Shown here in pieces: positions 29,633-40,802 of a stretch of 64,000 nt of DNA; position 1 is the first letter of the stretch; each line of letters begins with the position of its first letter. A program made the position numbers and the translations under genes. The DNA is from Dehalococcoidia bacterium. GTDB lineage: Bacteria > Chloroflexota > Dehalococcoidia > SM23-28-2 > RBG-16-64-32. The stretch spans positions 128,001 to 192,000 of the forward strand of contig CAXXTF010000001.1 in NCBI GenBank assembly GCA_963665775.2. The letters run 5' to 3'. The notes beneath the pieces are model-generated. The model was not told the DNA's origin. It searched no databases and saw only the letters and a list, made by a program, of their open reading frames with translations.

Positions 29633-30313
29633 ATGTCGCCCCGCCTCAGTCGCGGCGTTCTCATCACCCTGGAAGGCGGCGACGGCTCCGGCAAGTCCAC
29701 CCAGGCGGCGGCCCTGGCGGAGCTGCTGCGAGGCGACGGATACGCGGTGCTCCTGACTGAGGAGCCCGCCGGAACCGAGCTGGGCCGGGCGATCAAGGGC
29801 ATCTTCGAGCAGCTGGCAGCTCGAGGCCCGACGCTCTCTATGAGCCCGACCGCGGAGCTGTTCCTTTTCGAGGCGGCCCGCGCCCAGCACGTCGAGGAAG
29901 TGATCCGTCCTGCCCTGGAGCGAGGCGAGGTGGTCCTCTGCGACCGCTTCTGCGACTCCACCCTGGCCTATCAAGGCTACGGCCGGGGGCTGAATCTGGA
30001 CCACATCAGAGCCTGCAACCATATCGCCACCGGCGGCCTGACGCCGGACCTCACACTCGTGTTGGACGTCCCCCCGGAGATAGGGCTGGCCAGGGCGGAT
30101 ACTGGCACCGCCGGGATCGAGGCCCAAGAGAAGGCCCGCGACTCCATAGGCCAGGAATCCCTAGCGTTCCACCAGCGGGTTCGGGAGGGCTTCGCAACTC
30201 TATCCCTGAAACAGCCGGATCGTATGATCACCCTGGACGCCACACTACCCCAGGCGGCTGTAACCCAGGCAGCCTGGGAGCATACCGGCAACCGCCTGGA
30301 GCACATCCTCTGA
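29633..30313 (+). CDS. tmk: Thymidylate kinase
   Basis: ITLEGGDGSGKSTQ, CDRF, STLAYQGYGRG. Confidence 0.97.
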   Translation: MSPRLSRGVLITLEGGDGSGKSTQAAALAELLRGDGYAVLLTEEPAGTELGRAIKGIFEQLAARGPTLSMSPTAELFLFEAARAQHVEEVIRPALERGEVVLCDRFCDSTLAYQGYGRGLNLDHIRACNHIATGGLTPDLTLVLDVPPEIGLARADTGTAGIEAQEKARDSIGQESLAFHQRVREGFATLSLKQPDRMITLDATLPQAAVTQAAWEHTGNRLEHIL

Positions 30314-30395
30314 CGTCAAGGCCGCTCCCTTTCGCTGGACAAACCTGAGCCGCGACCTATATCATGACCGTGGTATCTACCGCCAAGGAGGAGAT

Positions 30396-30770
30396 TTGGC
30401 CACTCGATCGGCCGCAAAGGCCCACCGTCAGTCCCTGAAGAAGCGACTCCGCAACCGCCAGATTCGGAGCGCTACCAAGAGCACCGTCAAGCAGGCCGTC
30501 ACCAGCATCACCAGCATCACCAGCGGCGACATGGATGCGGCGCGGAACGATGTGCGCATCGCCATCCGCGAGCTGGACCGGACAGCCAGTAAGGGTGTCG
30601 TCCACCCCAACAACGCGGCCCGACGCAAGTCCCGCTTGCTCCTCAAGTACAACGCCGCCGTAGCCGCCCTTCAGACCACGGCCGCTGAGAAGCCCAAGCA
30701 GGCCGCCAAGCGCAAGCCGGCGCAGCGCCGTACCAGCCGCACCGCCAGCGCCAAGAAGGCCAAAGGCTAA
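30396..30770 (+). CDS. rpsT: 30S ribosomal protein S20 with Lys/Ala-rich C-terminal extension
   Basis: SAAKAHRQSLK.R.RN, LDRTASKGVVHPNNAARRKSRL; AAGGAGG SD, TTG start. Confidence 0.95.
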   Translation: MATRSAAKAHRQSLKKRLRNRQIRSATKSTVKQAVTSITSITSGDMDAARNDVRIAIRELDRTASKGVVHPNNAARRKSRLLLKYNAAVAALQTTAAEKPKQAAKRKPAQRRTSRTASAKKAKG

Positions 30771-30925
30771 CCCATAAACCACGCCGTCGCAATCCATAGC
30801 GAGGATCGCCCCATGCTTCAACCATTCACCGTAGCTGTGGCTCGCGCGCCCGTCCTAGCCGGGCGGCGGCGATCCCCGGTAGCGGTCCGTATCGCCCGGC
30901 CCGGGCAGGAAGGCACGCCGCGACT

Positions 30926-31954
30926 GTGAAGGTTTGCGTATTTCAGGGCCCCGGCAGGGTCACCGTTGAGTCGCGCTCGATCCCATCGCCGGGCCCTGGC
31001 GAGATTCTGATGCGGATGCAGGCCACGGGCATCTGCTACTCCGACATTCGCGTATACAAGGGCCAAAAGCAGGCCCGCCTCGGCGTGATCCCCGGCCACG
31101 AAATGGTGGGCGCCGTTGAGGCGCTGGGAGAGGGCGTTGACGGCTTCTCCATCGGCCAGCGAATCGCCGTTTGTCCCATCATCGCCTGCGGGTCCTGCTA
31201 CTACTGCCTGCGTGGGTTGCGCAACCGTTGTCTGAAGCGGGTGACCATGGGCTACGAGGAGGACGGCGGCCTGGCCGAGTACGCCGTGATTCCCGCCGCC
31301 ATCGTCGCCATCGGACACGTTTTCCCAGTACCGGAAGGGCTCCCGTCCGAACGGGCCGCGCTGATGGAGCCGCTGGCCTGCGTCCTCAACTCGCTGGAGA
31401 CCTGCCAACTGGAGCCCGGTGGCTCGCTGGTTCTGCTAGGGGCCGGCCCGATGGGCCTCCTGCACCTCCTTCTCGCCCGCACCATGGGCATCGCCACGGT
31501 CATCGTCAGCGAGATGCTGGAGGAGCGACGGGAATACGCCCGCCGTTTCGGCGCCAGCCTGATCCTAGATCCGCAGAAGGACGACCTGACAACCGCGGTT
31601 CTGGACGCCACGGGAGGCCTGGGCGCGGACGCCGTCGTGGTCACGACCGGCGTCGGGGAGCTGCTGGCGGCGGCGCTGCCCATCGTGCGGCGCCAGGGGG
31701 TCATAAACCTGTTCGCGGGCTTCCCAACGGACACCACCGTGAACTTTGACCCCAACTTCGTCCACTATTCGGAGGTCATCCTCACCGGAAGCCAGAACGC
31801 CACATCGGATCAGTACCGGCGAGCGCTGCATCTGCTGACCATCATGCCCCAGGCCACGGAGCTCAACACGCACGTCTTCCCAATAGCGGACGGACCGAAG
31901 GCCTACGAATCCCGGCTGGGTATGGACGGCCTGAAGTCGCTGGTGATATTCTAG
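30926..31954 (+). CDS. Zn-dependent medium-chain alcohol/polyol dehydrogenase
   Basis: GICYSD, GHE, CxxCxxC...C, GAGPMG. Confidence 0.92.
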   Translation: MKVCVFQGPGRVTVESRSIPSPGPGEILMRMQATGICYSDIRVYKGQKQARLGVIPGHEMVGAVEALGEGVDGFSIGQRIAVCPIIACGSCYYCLRGLRNRCLKRVTMGYEEDGGLAEYAVIPAAIVAIGHVFPVPEGLPSERAALMEPLACVLNSLETCQLEPGGSLVLLGAGPMGLLHLLLARTMGIATVIVSEMLEERREYARRFGASLILDPQKDDLTTAVLDATGGLGADAVVVTTGVGELLAAALPIVRRQGVINLFAGFPTDTTVNFDPNFVHYSEVILTGSQNATSDQYRRALHLLTIMPQATELNTHVFPIADGPKAYESRLGMDGLKSLVIF

Positions 31955-32001
31955 TCCGCGAACTTTCCCTCAACCAACGATCTCAACGAGGAGGATGTCC
32001 C

Positions 32002-32346
32002 GTGGCCGAAGAGCAAGAGCCGGCCAACTCCATTTCCGAGGTGATGTCCAGGATGCCCACCATCTTCCAGCCCGACAGAGCAGCAGGAGCAACCGCCACT
32101 ATCCAGTTCAACTTCACCGGTACGGAGCCGGGCAACTGGTGGATTAAGGTTGCCGGCGGCCAGTGCGAGGTGAGTGAGGGCGTCGCTGATAACCCCAACG
32201 TCACCATCAACTCCCCCTCCGAAGTCTGGCTCAAGATCAGCCGCCGGGAGATGGACGGCGCCATCGCCTTCATGAGCGGCAAGTTCACCTTCAAAGGTGA
32301 CATGGGCGTCCTCATGAAGATACCCGGCTGGTTCGGCCAGGGCTAA
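32002..32346 (+). CDS. SCP2 sterol/lipid-binding domain protein
   Basis: IQFNFTG..G.W.I...AFMSGKF..KGD; GAGGAGG SD. Confidence 0.9.
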   Translation: MAEEQEPANSISEVMSRMPTIFQPDRAAGATATIQFNFTGTEPGNWWIKVAGGQCEVSEGVADNPNVTINSPSEVWLKISRREMDGAIAFMSGKFTFKGDMGVLMKIPGWFGQG

Positions 32347-32381
32347 CTCGCGGAGGCCCGCCACGGCACCGTGGGAACGGG

Positions 32382-32552
32382 TTAGCCGCCGGTAAGAGTG
32401 GCCATGCTGGGCAACCGGACGTCAGCGCCGAGCACGATCACCACATCGCCAGAGGAGCCCAGGAACAGCACCGCCTCAGGATCGGCGGCCGTCTTGATCC
32501 TGTTCGCCGGTAGGTTGAGCCATTCAGCTATGCGTTCGGCGGATCGCCGGCT
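32382..32552 (-). pseudogene. Orphan 3' fragment resembling a LytR_C (LCP family C-terminal) domain
   Basis: Frame reads SAERIAEWLNLP...GDVVIVLGAD...GG*; closed upstream by TGA with no start codon. Confidence 0.55.
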
Positions 32553-33753
32553 AGACGGCCCTAACGGCGGCTCTCAGCCCTTGCGGGGAGGTCAATGTCT
32601 CCACCTTCAACAGCTCCCCACCCCGAAAATATAGACGCGGAATCCGCTGAGACATGCCGCACAGAATCTCGTAGCTGATCGTCCCGCACATATCGGCCAG
32701 CTCTTCGACCGAGATCTCCAGATCGCCCTGGGAGCCTATGATAACCGCCTCGTCACCCTCGGCCACCCCTGGAATATCGGTTACGTCCACCATGCACATG
32801 TCCATGCAGATGCGGCCGACGATGGGGACACGCTTACCCCTTACCAACAACGAACCCCGATTAGAGAGAAGCCGGGGCAGGCCATCAGCGTAACCACACA
32901 TCACGAGGCCGATGAGGCTGGCACGGCGGGCCCGCCACGTGCGCCCGTAGCTCACGCTATCGCCCGGCGAGAGCCGCGCCAGGCGCGCCAGACGTCCCCT
33001 CAGGCTAAGCACCGGTCGCAAATCTAGGTCGCGCCTCCCCTCCGCCGAGGGGTAAAGCCCATATATACCCAAACCTGGCCGGACCATATCCCGGCTCATC
33101 TCCGGGCTGTCCAGAAGGATTGCCGTATTGGAGACATGCCGCACAGGGATCCAGGGAAGCTGATCGGCGGTGGACATGAAGGCCTGATATTGCTCCCGCG
33201 TGAACGCCTTATCGACATCGTCGGCGGCGGCGAAGTGGGTGTAAATTCCCTCCACGGTCAGGGTGGTGGTCCCCCGTAGGGCCGCCGCTAAGGCCAACGC
33301 CTCCTGAGGCGGCAGCCCGTACCGACTCAGCCCGGTATCGATCTTCAGGTGAACCGGCTGAACGAGGCCAGCCGTCTCAGCGCGGGCGGCCAGGGCCAGC
33401 GCCAGCTCGCGGGAGTTAACGGTGGGGGTAAGGCGGAGATCGACGATGCGCTCCGCGTCGTCAAGCGGGGTGTGCCCCATCACCAGGATCGGAGCCTCTA
33501 TTCCGGAACGCCGTAACTGCTCGCCCTCATCGGCGCTGATGACGGCCAGGCGGTCGGCCCCGGCCTCCAGAGCGGCCTGCGCCACGACCGTAGCGCCATG
33601 ACCGTAGGCGTTGGCCTTCACCACGGCGGCCAGGGCCGCGGTCCCGGCCTGCCGCTTTAGGGCCTTTACGTTATGAGCGAGGGCGTCCAGGTCTATCTCT
33701 GCCCAGAGCGAACGCCCTGTCCAATCGCTAGAATCAGAACCAGTACGAGACAT
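32551..33753 (-). CDS. alr: Alanine racemase
   Basis: AVVKANAYGHG, HLKIDTG, THFA, VRPG, GYADG, GRICMD. Confidence 0.97.
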   Translation of the reverse strand: MSRTGSDSSDWTGRSLWAEIDLDALAHNVKALKRQAGTAALAAVVKANAYGHGATVVAQAALEAGADRLAVISADEGEQLRRSGIEAPILVMGHTPLDDAERIVDLRLTPTVNSRELALALAARAETAGLVQPVHLKIDTGLSRYGLPPQEALALAAALRGTTTLTVEGIYTHFAAADDVDKAFTREQYQAFMSTADQLPWIPVRHVSNTAILLDSPEMSRDMVRPGLGIYGLYPSAEGRRDLDLRPVLSLRGRLARLARLSPGDSVSYGRTWRARRASLIGLVMCGYADGLPRLLSNRGSLLVRGKRVPIVGRICMDMCMVDVTDIPGVAEGDEAVIIGSQGDLEISVEELADMCGTISYEILCGMSQRIPRLYFRGGELLKVETLTSPQGLRAAVRAV

Positions 33754-34046
33754 TAGCCTCCCAGTGTTACACAACGCTATCACATTGGGGAAAGTTTCTC
33801 CAGCGCTGCACCTACGCGACCAGCGCCCGACCTGGCGGCGATCGCTGCCGAGCCGCATGCCGCATCTGGCCTTCAAGCCAAGAATCCGCAGCATCTCTCT
33901 GGTCGATGACGGTGCGGCGTAACCCGCCCCCGGGCGCCGAGGGAGATAGGGTGTTTGCCCTCACTTCGAAGCTAGCGTAACATCGGTTTTCGAAGGGTGC
34001 CCACGAAACCTCTCCCCGCCCGCGTGCGTCTTCCCCGCCCTCCCTG

Positions 34047-36275
34047 ATGTCGAATCGAGCCGTCCTACGGCGACCGGTCGCACTTGCGGCGACCTTCGCC
34101 CTGGCCACGCTAGCTGTTCTCCAGGCCTGTGGCGGCGGCTCCTCACCGCCCCAGGCCTCACCGCCCCCGCCAACCCCAACACTAACCCCAACGCCGACGC
34201 CGACGCCGACGCCGACCGCGACGCCCACTCCCACCAGCACGCCGGTCGACCTGGCTCTGACCGACAAACTCTACCACGACGGCGACTTTGAAGATGCCAT
34301 CGCCATCTACACCGAGGTCGCCCTGGCGGGCGACGACGACCAGCGCCGTCAGGCCCTATGGAGCCTGGCCCAGATTCGATACGACCGCTCCGAGTGGCAG
34401 GAGGCGGAGCAGGCCCTGGAGGCCTTACTGGCCCTCGATCCGGAGCCGGAGGAGGAGCGTCGGGCGCACCTTCTCCTGGGGCTCAGCCGCCTGGCGAGAG
34501 GGGAGAATGCCAGAGCGCAGGAGAGTCTCAGCCTGTACATCCAGATGGACGGCCCGGCCGCGCCTTACGCGGGCCTCCGACTGGCCGAGGTAGCCAGCCG
34601 AAGCGGCGATCCGGATCAGGCGATCCGTCAGGTAGAGACAGCCCTAGCCCAAGGCGTACCTCCCGAGATGGAGACCGACGCCCGCTTCGACCTGGCCGGT
34701 TACCAGGACGACGCCGGCGATCTCCCATCAGCCGCCGCCACTTATCGGCGGCTGACCCTCGACGCCGAACGAGCCTCCGAGCGGGCGGAGGCGCTGTGGC
34801 TGCTAGCCGACATCTCGCGTCGCGCAGGGAACAGCCAGACGTATCAGGGTTCGCTATACTCCCTGGTCACTCGCTACCCCTGGCATCCGCGGGCGCTGGT
34901 GGCCCTGGTGCAGCCGCAGCTGGCCCCTTCCCCCGTTCTCACCAGCTCCGACCGGGCCGTCGTCCTCTTCCGCCACCGGCTGAACGGCCCGGCGACCGAC
35001 GCCTTCCGCGCCGCCCTGGTCGAGTACGAGGCCGCCAAGGTCGCTCTCCAGGCGAACCCCACCCACGATCTGTACGCGCTCGCCTCTTAGGACAAGGCCA
35101 TCCTCCTGGAATCCCTCGGCCGCCTGGAGGAGGCGGCTGAGGCCTACGCCGCCCTGGCGGACGCCGCTCCCCTGGCCGAGGAGGCGCCGGACGCTCTGTT
35201 CCGGGCTGGGCTGGTCCGCTATCGCCAGGGACGGGTGACGGACGCCATACTGTACTGGGGTCGCTACCTGGATTCGGCGGACGGGCCGGAGGCGGAGGCC
35301 CGCGCCCGATTCTGGCTGGCCAAAGCGGCCGAATCTATAGGCGATTCCGCCTCCGCTGCTCGACAGCTGGAAACTGCCGCCGCCGTCGCGCCGTTGGACT
35401 ACCACGGGCTCAGAGCTCGCTCCCTCGCTGCGGACGAATCCCCGTCGCGAGAGCCTCAGGCCGAAGTCCAGCCGCCCGCCCTCGCCTGGGGGCGGATCGC
35501 GATCTGGCTCCTATCCTGGGCCGGTCCCGAAGACTCGCTGGCCCACCTGGCGTTCTTCCAAGGAGCAAACTGGCAGCTCGCCCTGGAGCTGGCGCGGACG
35601 GGCCTCCAGAGCGAGGCCGAGAGCGTGTTCGCCGATCTCCTGGATGGGGCAAGGGGAGAGCCCTGGCGCCTGTACCGGATGGCCCGCGCCCTAGGTCAGG
35701 AGGGCCAGGTCTCGCTGGCCGCCCGCGCCGCCGCTCGGCTGGTTCGGGTCCATCCCGATCCGCCGCGAGAGCTCCTGACCCTGGCCTACCCCCTCGAATA
35801 CCTCGACCTCGCCGGCGAATCGGCGGGCGAGTACGGCTTCTCGCCGCTGCTGCTGCTGGCCCTGGTGCGGCAGGAGAGCTTCTTCGATCCCGGCGCCGTC
35901 TCATCGGCCAGCGCCCTGGGGCTCACCCAGGTCATCCCCAGCACCGCAGGGGAGATCGCCGGCAGGCTCGATGAGGCCGATTTCCAGAACAGCGACCTCT
36001 TCCGGCCCAGGGTGAGCCTGCGCTACGGCGCCTTCTACCTGGGAGCCCAGCTGGAACTGTTCGAAGGTTTCACCTCGGCCGCCCTTGCCGCCTACAACGC
36101 CGGCCCCGGCAACGGCCTGCGCTGGTGGGAGACGGCGGCGGACGATCCGGACCTCCTCCTGGAGATCATCGACTTCTCCCAGACCCACGCCTACGTTCGG
36201 CTGGTTCTAGAGAACTACGCCCTCTACCGCTATACTTACGGTCAGGCGGAACAGCCGTCCCTGCCCCTGCCCTGA
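34047..36275 (+). pseudogene. TPR-containing soluble lytic transglycosylase lipoprotein, interrupted by in-frame TAG (35088-35090)
   Basis: ORFs 34047-35090 and 35235-36275 share a frame; lipobox LQAC, PT linker, TPR-like helices, SLT motifs RQES, GLTQ, AAYNAG. Confidence 0.85.
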
Positions 36276-36328
36276 GCTTGTCGAAGGGCACTCGCACAGG
36301 CTGGACTGACCCCATCCCACAGGCTACG

Positions 36329-37249
36329 ATGGCCCAGACTCTAGAAGCGAACGCGCCCGCGCCTATGCCACCAACATCTGTCACCGCCCGTGTCCCGGCC
36401 ACCAGCGCCAATCTGGGCCCCGGCTTCGATTGCCTGGGCCTGGCCCTGGACCTGTGGGGCTCCGTCACGCTCAGTCGGGAAGGGGAGCGCTCCGGCAGGG
36501 GCGGTAGCATGGATCGCATGATCCTGGGTGCCGCCCAACGCCTCTACGAGCGGTACGGCCGCGAGGCACCCGACCTGACTGTGCGCTATGACAGCACCAT
36601 CCCCATCGCCCGCGGTCTGGGAGCCAGCGCCGTGGCCCGCGTGGGCGCCCTTCTCGCCGCCAACGCGCTGGAGGGCGAACCGTTCGACCGTGAGGAGGTT
36701 CTGGCCCTCGCCACTGACCTGGAGGGCCACGCCGATAACGCCGCCCCCGCCCTCTTCGGCGGCCTCCAGGTCGTGGTCCAAGACGGCGACCGCATCCTGC
36801 ACACGGCAGCCCCTGTGGTGGGCGATCTGAAGGCTATCCTGTTCGTGCCGGAGCTGCGCATACCCACCGACCAGAGCCGCGAACTCCTTCCTCGCACCCT
36901 GTCGCGAGCCGACGCCGTGTACAACCTGAGCCGGGCGGCCCTCTTAGTGGCCGCGCTCTCGCGCGGTCGTCTGGACCTCCTGGACGAGGCCACCAAAGAC
37001 CGCCTGCACCAGCCGGCCCGCTCCCAGCTTTTCCCGGCCATGTACGCCATCTTCGAGGCGGCGCGGGCCGCCGGCGCCCACTGCGCCTACCTCTCCGGCG
37101 GCGGCTCGACGATCTGCGCCCTGGCCAGCGCCAACGAAGCGGCCATCGCCGAGGCGATGGCGGCGGCGGCCGGCAGCCGGGAGGTCACCGGCCGGACGAT
37201 AATTACGGCGCCCACAGAGCGCGGGGCGGAAGTCACGGAGGGCATCTAA
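36329..37249 (+). CDS. thrB: Homoserine kinase
   Basis: VPATSANLGPGFDCLG, PIARGLGASA, EGHADN, LHQP, SGGGS; start 36329 or 36365. Confidence 0.95.
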   Translation: MAQTLEANAPAPMPPTSVTARVPATSANLGPGFDCLGLALDLWGSVTLSREGERSGRGGSMDRMILGAAQRLYERYGREAPDLTVRYDSTIPIARGLGASAVARVGALLAANALEGEPFDREEVLALATDLEGHADNAAPALFGGLQVVVQDGDRILHTAAPVVGDLKAILFVPELRIPTDQSRELLPRTLSRADAVYNLSRAALLVAALSRGRLDLLDEATKDRLHQPARSQLFPAMYAIFEAARAAGAHCAYLSGGGSTICALASANEAAIAEAMAAAAGSREVTGRTIITAPTERGAEVTEGI

Positions 37250-38469
37250 TGGCCCTCGTCGTCCAGAAGTACGGTGGCAGCTCGGTAGCCAACGCCGAAC
37301 GCCTGAAGGCGGTGGCCGAGCGGATCAGCCGGCGGGCCCGGGCCGGCGACCGGCCGGTCGTCGTGGTCTCCGCCATGGCCGACACCACCGATGAGCTTAT
37401 CGAGCTGGCCGCGCAAATGACCGATAAGCCCGAACCGCGGGAGATGGACCTGCTCCTTTCCACCGGGGAGGTCGTCTCCTCGTCCCTTCTCGCCATGGCC
37501 CTGAACCACGTGGGATGTCGGGCCGTGGCCCTCTCCGGCGCCCAGGCCGGTATCGGCACCGACCGGCGCTACGGCCGCGCCCGCATCCTCAAGGTGGACC
37601 CGCAGCGGGTACAGCGGGAGATTGAGGCCGAGAACGTGGTCATAGTAGCCGGCTTCCAGGGGATCACGGAGGAGGCGGATATCACGACCCTGGGTCGCGG
37701 CGCCTCCGATACGACGGCGGTGGCCCTGGCTGCCGTCCTCGGATCCGAGCGGTGCGAGATCTATACCGACGTGGAAGGAGTCTACACCGCCGACCCCCGC
37801 ATCGAGCCCGAGGCGCGCAAGCTGCCGGAGATCAGATACGAGGAGATGCTGGAGCTGGCCAGCCACGGGGCGAAGGTAATACATAGCCAGGCGGTGGGGC
37901 TGGGATCGGTCTACAATGTGCCTATCTACGTCGCTTCCAGCTTCACGGAGTCGCCCGGCACCCTGATCCACGGAGGAACGCCCATGATGGAACAACACAA
38001 CAAGGTGATGGGTATCGCCCAGGATACGGATGTGGCCCGCATCACCATCCGCGGCGTACCGGACCGCCCCGGCATCGCGGCGACCCTGTTCGAGCCCCTG
38101 GGAGAGGCGGGGATCAGCGTGGACACCATTGTGCAGAACGCCAGCGTTGAGCGGCTAACCGACCTCACGTTCACCGTATCGCGATCGGACCTGGACCGGG
38201 CCCTGGAGATCGTGCGTCCGGTGGCGGCCAGCATCGAGGCGCCGGAAGTGCTGGCGGACACACATCTGGCGAAGATAAGCGTCGTGGGGTCGGGGATGAT
38301 CTCCAGCCCCGGCTACGCGGGCCGGATGTTCCGCACCCTGTTCACCGCAGGGATCAACATCGAGCTGATCACGACCAGCGAGATCCGGATCACCTGCCTG
38401 GTGGACGCCGCCAAGGTACCGGAGGCGGTGCGGGCGCTGCACAAGGCGTTCGAGCTCGAGAAGGGGTAA
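37249..38469 (+). CDS. lysC: Aspartate kinase
   Basis: VQKYGGSSV, VVVSAM, TLGRGASD, TDVEGVYTADP, two ACT domains. Confidence 0.96.
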   Translation: MALVVQKYGGSSVANAERLKAVAERISRRARAGDRPVVVVSAMADTTDELIELAAQMTDKPEPREMDLLLSTGEVVSSSLLAMALNHVGCRAVALSGAQAGIGTDRRYGRARILKVDPQRVQREIEAENVVIVAGFQGITEEADITTLGRGASDTTAVALAAVLGSERCEIYTDVEGVYTADPRIEPEARKLPEIRYEEMLELASHGAKVIHSQAVGLGSVYNVPIYVASSFTESPGTLIHGGTPMMEQHNKVMGIAQDTDVARITIRGVPDRPGIAATLFEPLGEAGISVDTIVQNASVERLTDLTFTVSRSDLDRALEIVRPVAASIEAPEVLADTHLAKISVVGSGMISSPGYAGRMFRTLFTAGINIELITTSEIRITCLVDAAKVPEAVRALHKAFELEKG

Positions 38470-38673
38470 GGGCTGGCTGTCCGTCTGCCGGTTCGCCCCG
38501 GAGGATGGTGACCACCTGGCCCCCTAGGTACACACGCCCGCTCCTCGCCCGCGCGGACCCGTACTACACCCCTCGTGCGGCCTGCGGAACGGCTCATCTT
38601 CGGATAAGCTCACTCTTCGACAAGCTCCGTCCACGTTCAAATAAGCGGCACGCTAATCCTGACATCGCTTGCG

Positions 38674-38700
38674 GGAACTTTTGCGGCCTCCTCTCCGTCA
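38674..38700 (+). promoter_or_regulatory. Candidate ECF-sigma promoter
   Basis: GGAACT-16 nt-CGTCA, 40 nt upstream of an exported-protein gene. Confidence 0.45.
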
Positions 38701-38739
38701 GAAAAGTAGCGGACCGAAGGCGAACGGAGGTAGCGCGAG

Positions 38740-39126
38740 ATGCGAATCAATCGGAGAGTGGCGATCGTCCTGGTGGTAGTGGCAGCAGCGCTGGGCTCAG
38801 TGCTCGGCTTCACGTTCGACCGCGCGTCCGGCGACAGAGCGCCCCAATACGAGGTGACGGTGCGGTTCAACACCTCGGTAACACAGGGCGATCTCGATGA
38901 GGCATTCGCGCTGCTGCGCAGCTATGACCAGGATGTCGAGTTCCTCATCATGGAGAGCTTCCCGCCCATAGGCGGGGCGGTGCTAGAGACCGATGCGGCC
39001 GAGTTCTGCGGGACTATCGAGGCGGAGCTGGAGGCCAAGAGCTACGTTGAGAGCGCTTCTTGCCAGCCATGGCAGGAGAGGGACGGCGGCAACCCTGATA
39101 CTCCGGTGACGACAACCGCAGAGTAA
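38740..39126 (+). CDS. Hypothetical exported/membrane-anchored protein
   Basis: GGAGG SD, N-terminal signal/TM, two Cys. Confidence 0.7.
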   Translation: MRINRRVAIVLVVVAAALGSVLGFTFDRASGDRAPQYEVTVRFNTSVTQGDLDEAFALLRSYDQDVEFLIMESFPPIGGAVLETDAAEFCGTIEAELEAKSYVESASCQPWQERDGGNPDTPVTTTAE

Positions 39127-39184
39127 GAGATGTCTGGCCACCGTCGCTGGGCGATGTCTTTCGTTTCGGACCCTGTCCTCGCCC

Positions 39185-40150
<966 letters not shown>

Positions 40151-40278
40151 CAGCGTATCTTACCCCGCCGGCCATCCGTGGGGCCACCAGCGGGGTGATA
40201 CGCCGAGCTGCTATAATCGTGTGAAGCTGCCCGCTTCAGCGGGCCTCAGTGTTACGGAAAGGTAGTGACGGGCCGACG

Positions 40279-40770
40279 TTGAAATTCCACCTGTGCGATA
40301 CGGTCCTGGGCTGCGTGGGTCTGGTCGTCTCTACCAGGGGCCTGAGAGTCGCCACCCTGCCGCACCTCACCCGCGACGAGGCCCTCCGGGAGGTCACGGA
40401 GCTAGGCGCGCTGGAACCGGCCTCGGCCGCCGACCTGGGCCAGCTACCACTTATCGTCCGCGCCCTGGCGGAGGGCCAGCGGGCGAGCCAGGAAGCCACC
40501 ATCGACTGGGACGGCCTGTCGCCCTTCCGACGGGCGGTGCTGGAGGAGACGCTGCGCATCCCTGCCGGAGAGACGCGCAGCTACGGCTGACTGGCCCGTC
40601 GGGTGGGCCGGCCCCGGGCCGCCCGCGCCGTGGGCCGGGTAATGGCCACGAATCCGCTGCCTCTGGTGATTCCATGCCATCGCGTAGTGGCCAGCGACGG
40701 CTCCTTGGGGGGCTACGGCGGCGGCCGGCCGCTGAAGGAGGCGCTGCTGCGGGCGGAAGGGGCGAGGTAG
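40279..40770 (+). pseudogene. ogt: Methylated-DNA--protein-cysteine methyltransferase with in-frame TGA (40588-40590)
   Basis: [43 protein letters not shown]...GGYGGG..LK..LL..EG. Confidence 0.9.
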
Positions 40771-40802
40771 TAGAGTAGAATGTTTGACATGGTGACCAGC
40801 CT

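Noticed and set aside
33812-33964. Possible ~50-aa ORF upstream of alr
   Set aside because: No SD or motif and unconvincing composition
40588-40612. Selenocysteine insertion in Ogt
   Set aside because: The TGA is not at the catalytic Cys (PCHR is intact TGC), and hairpins are common at this GC content
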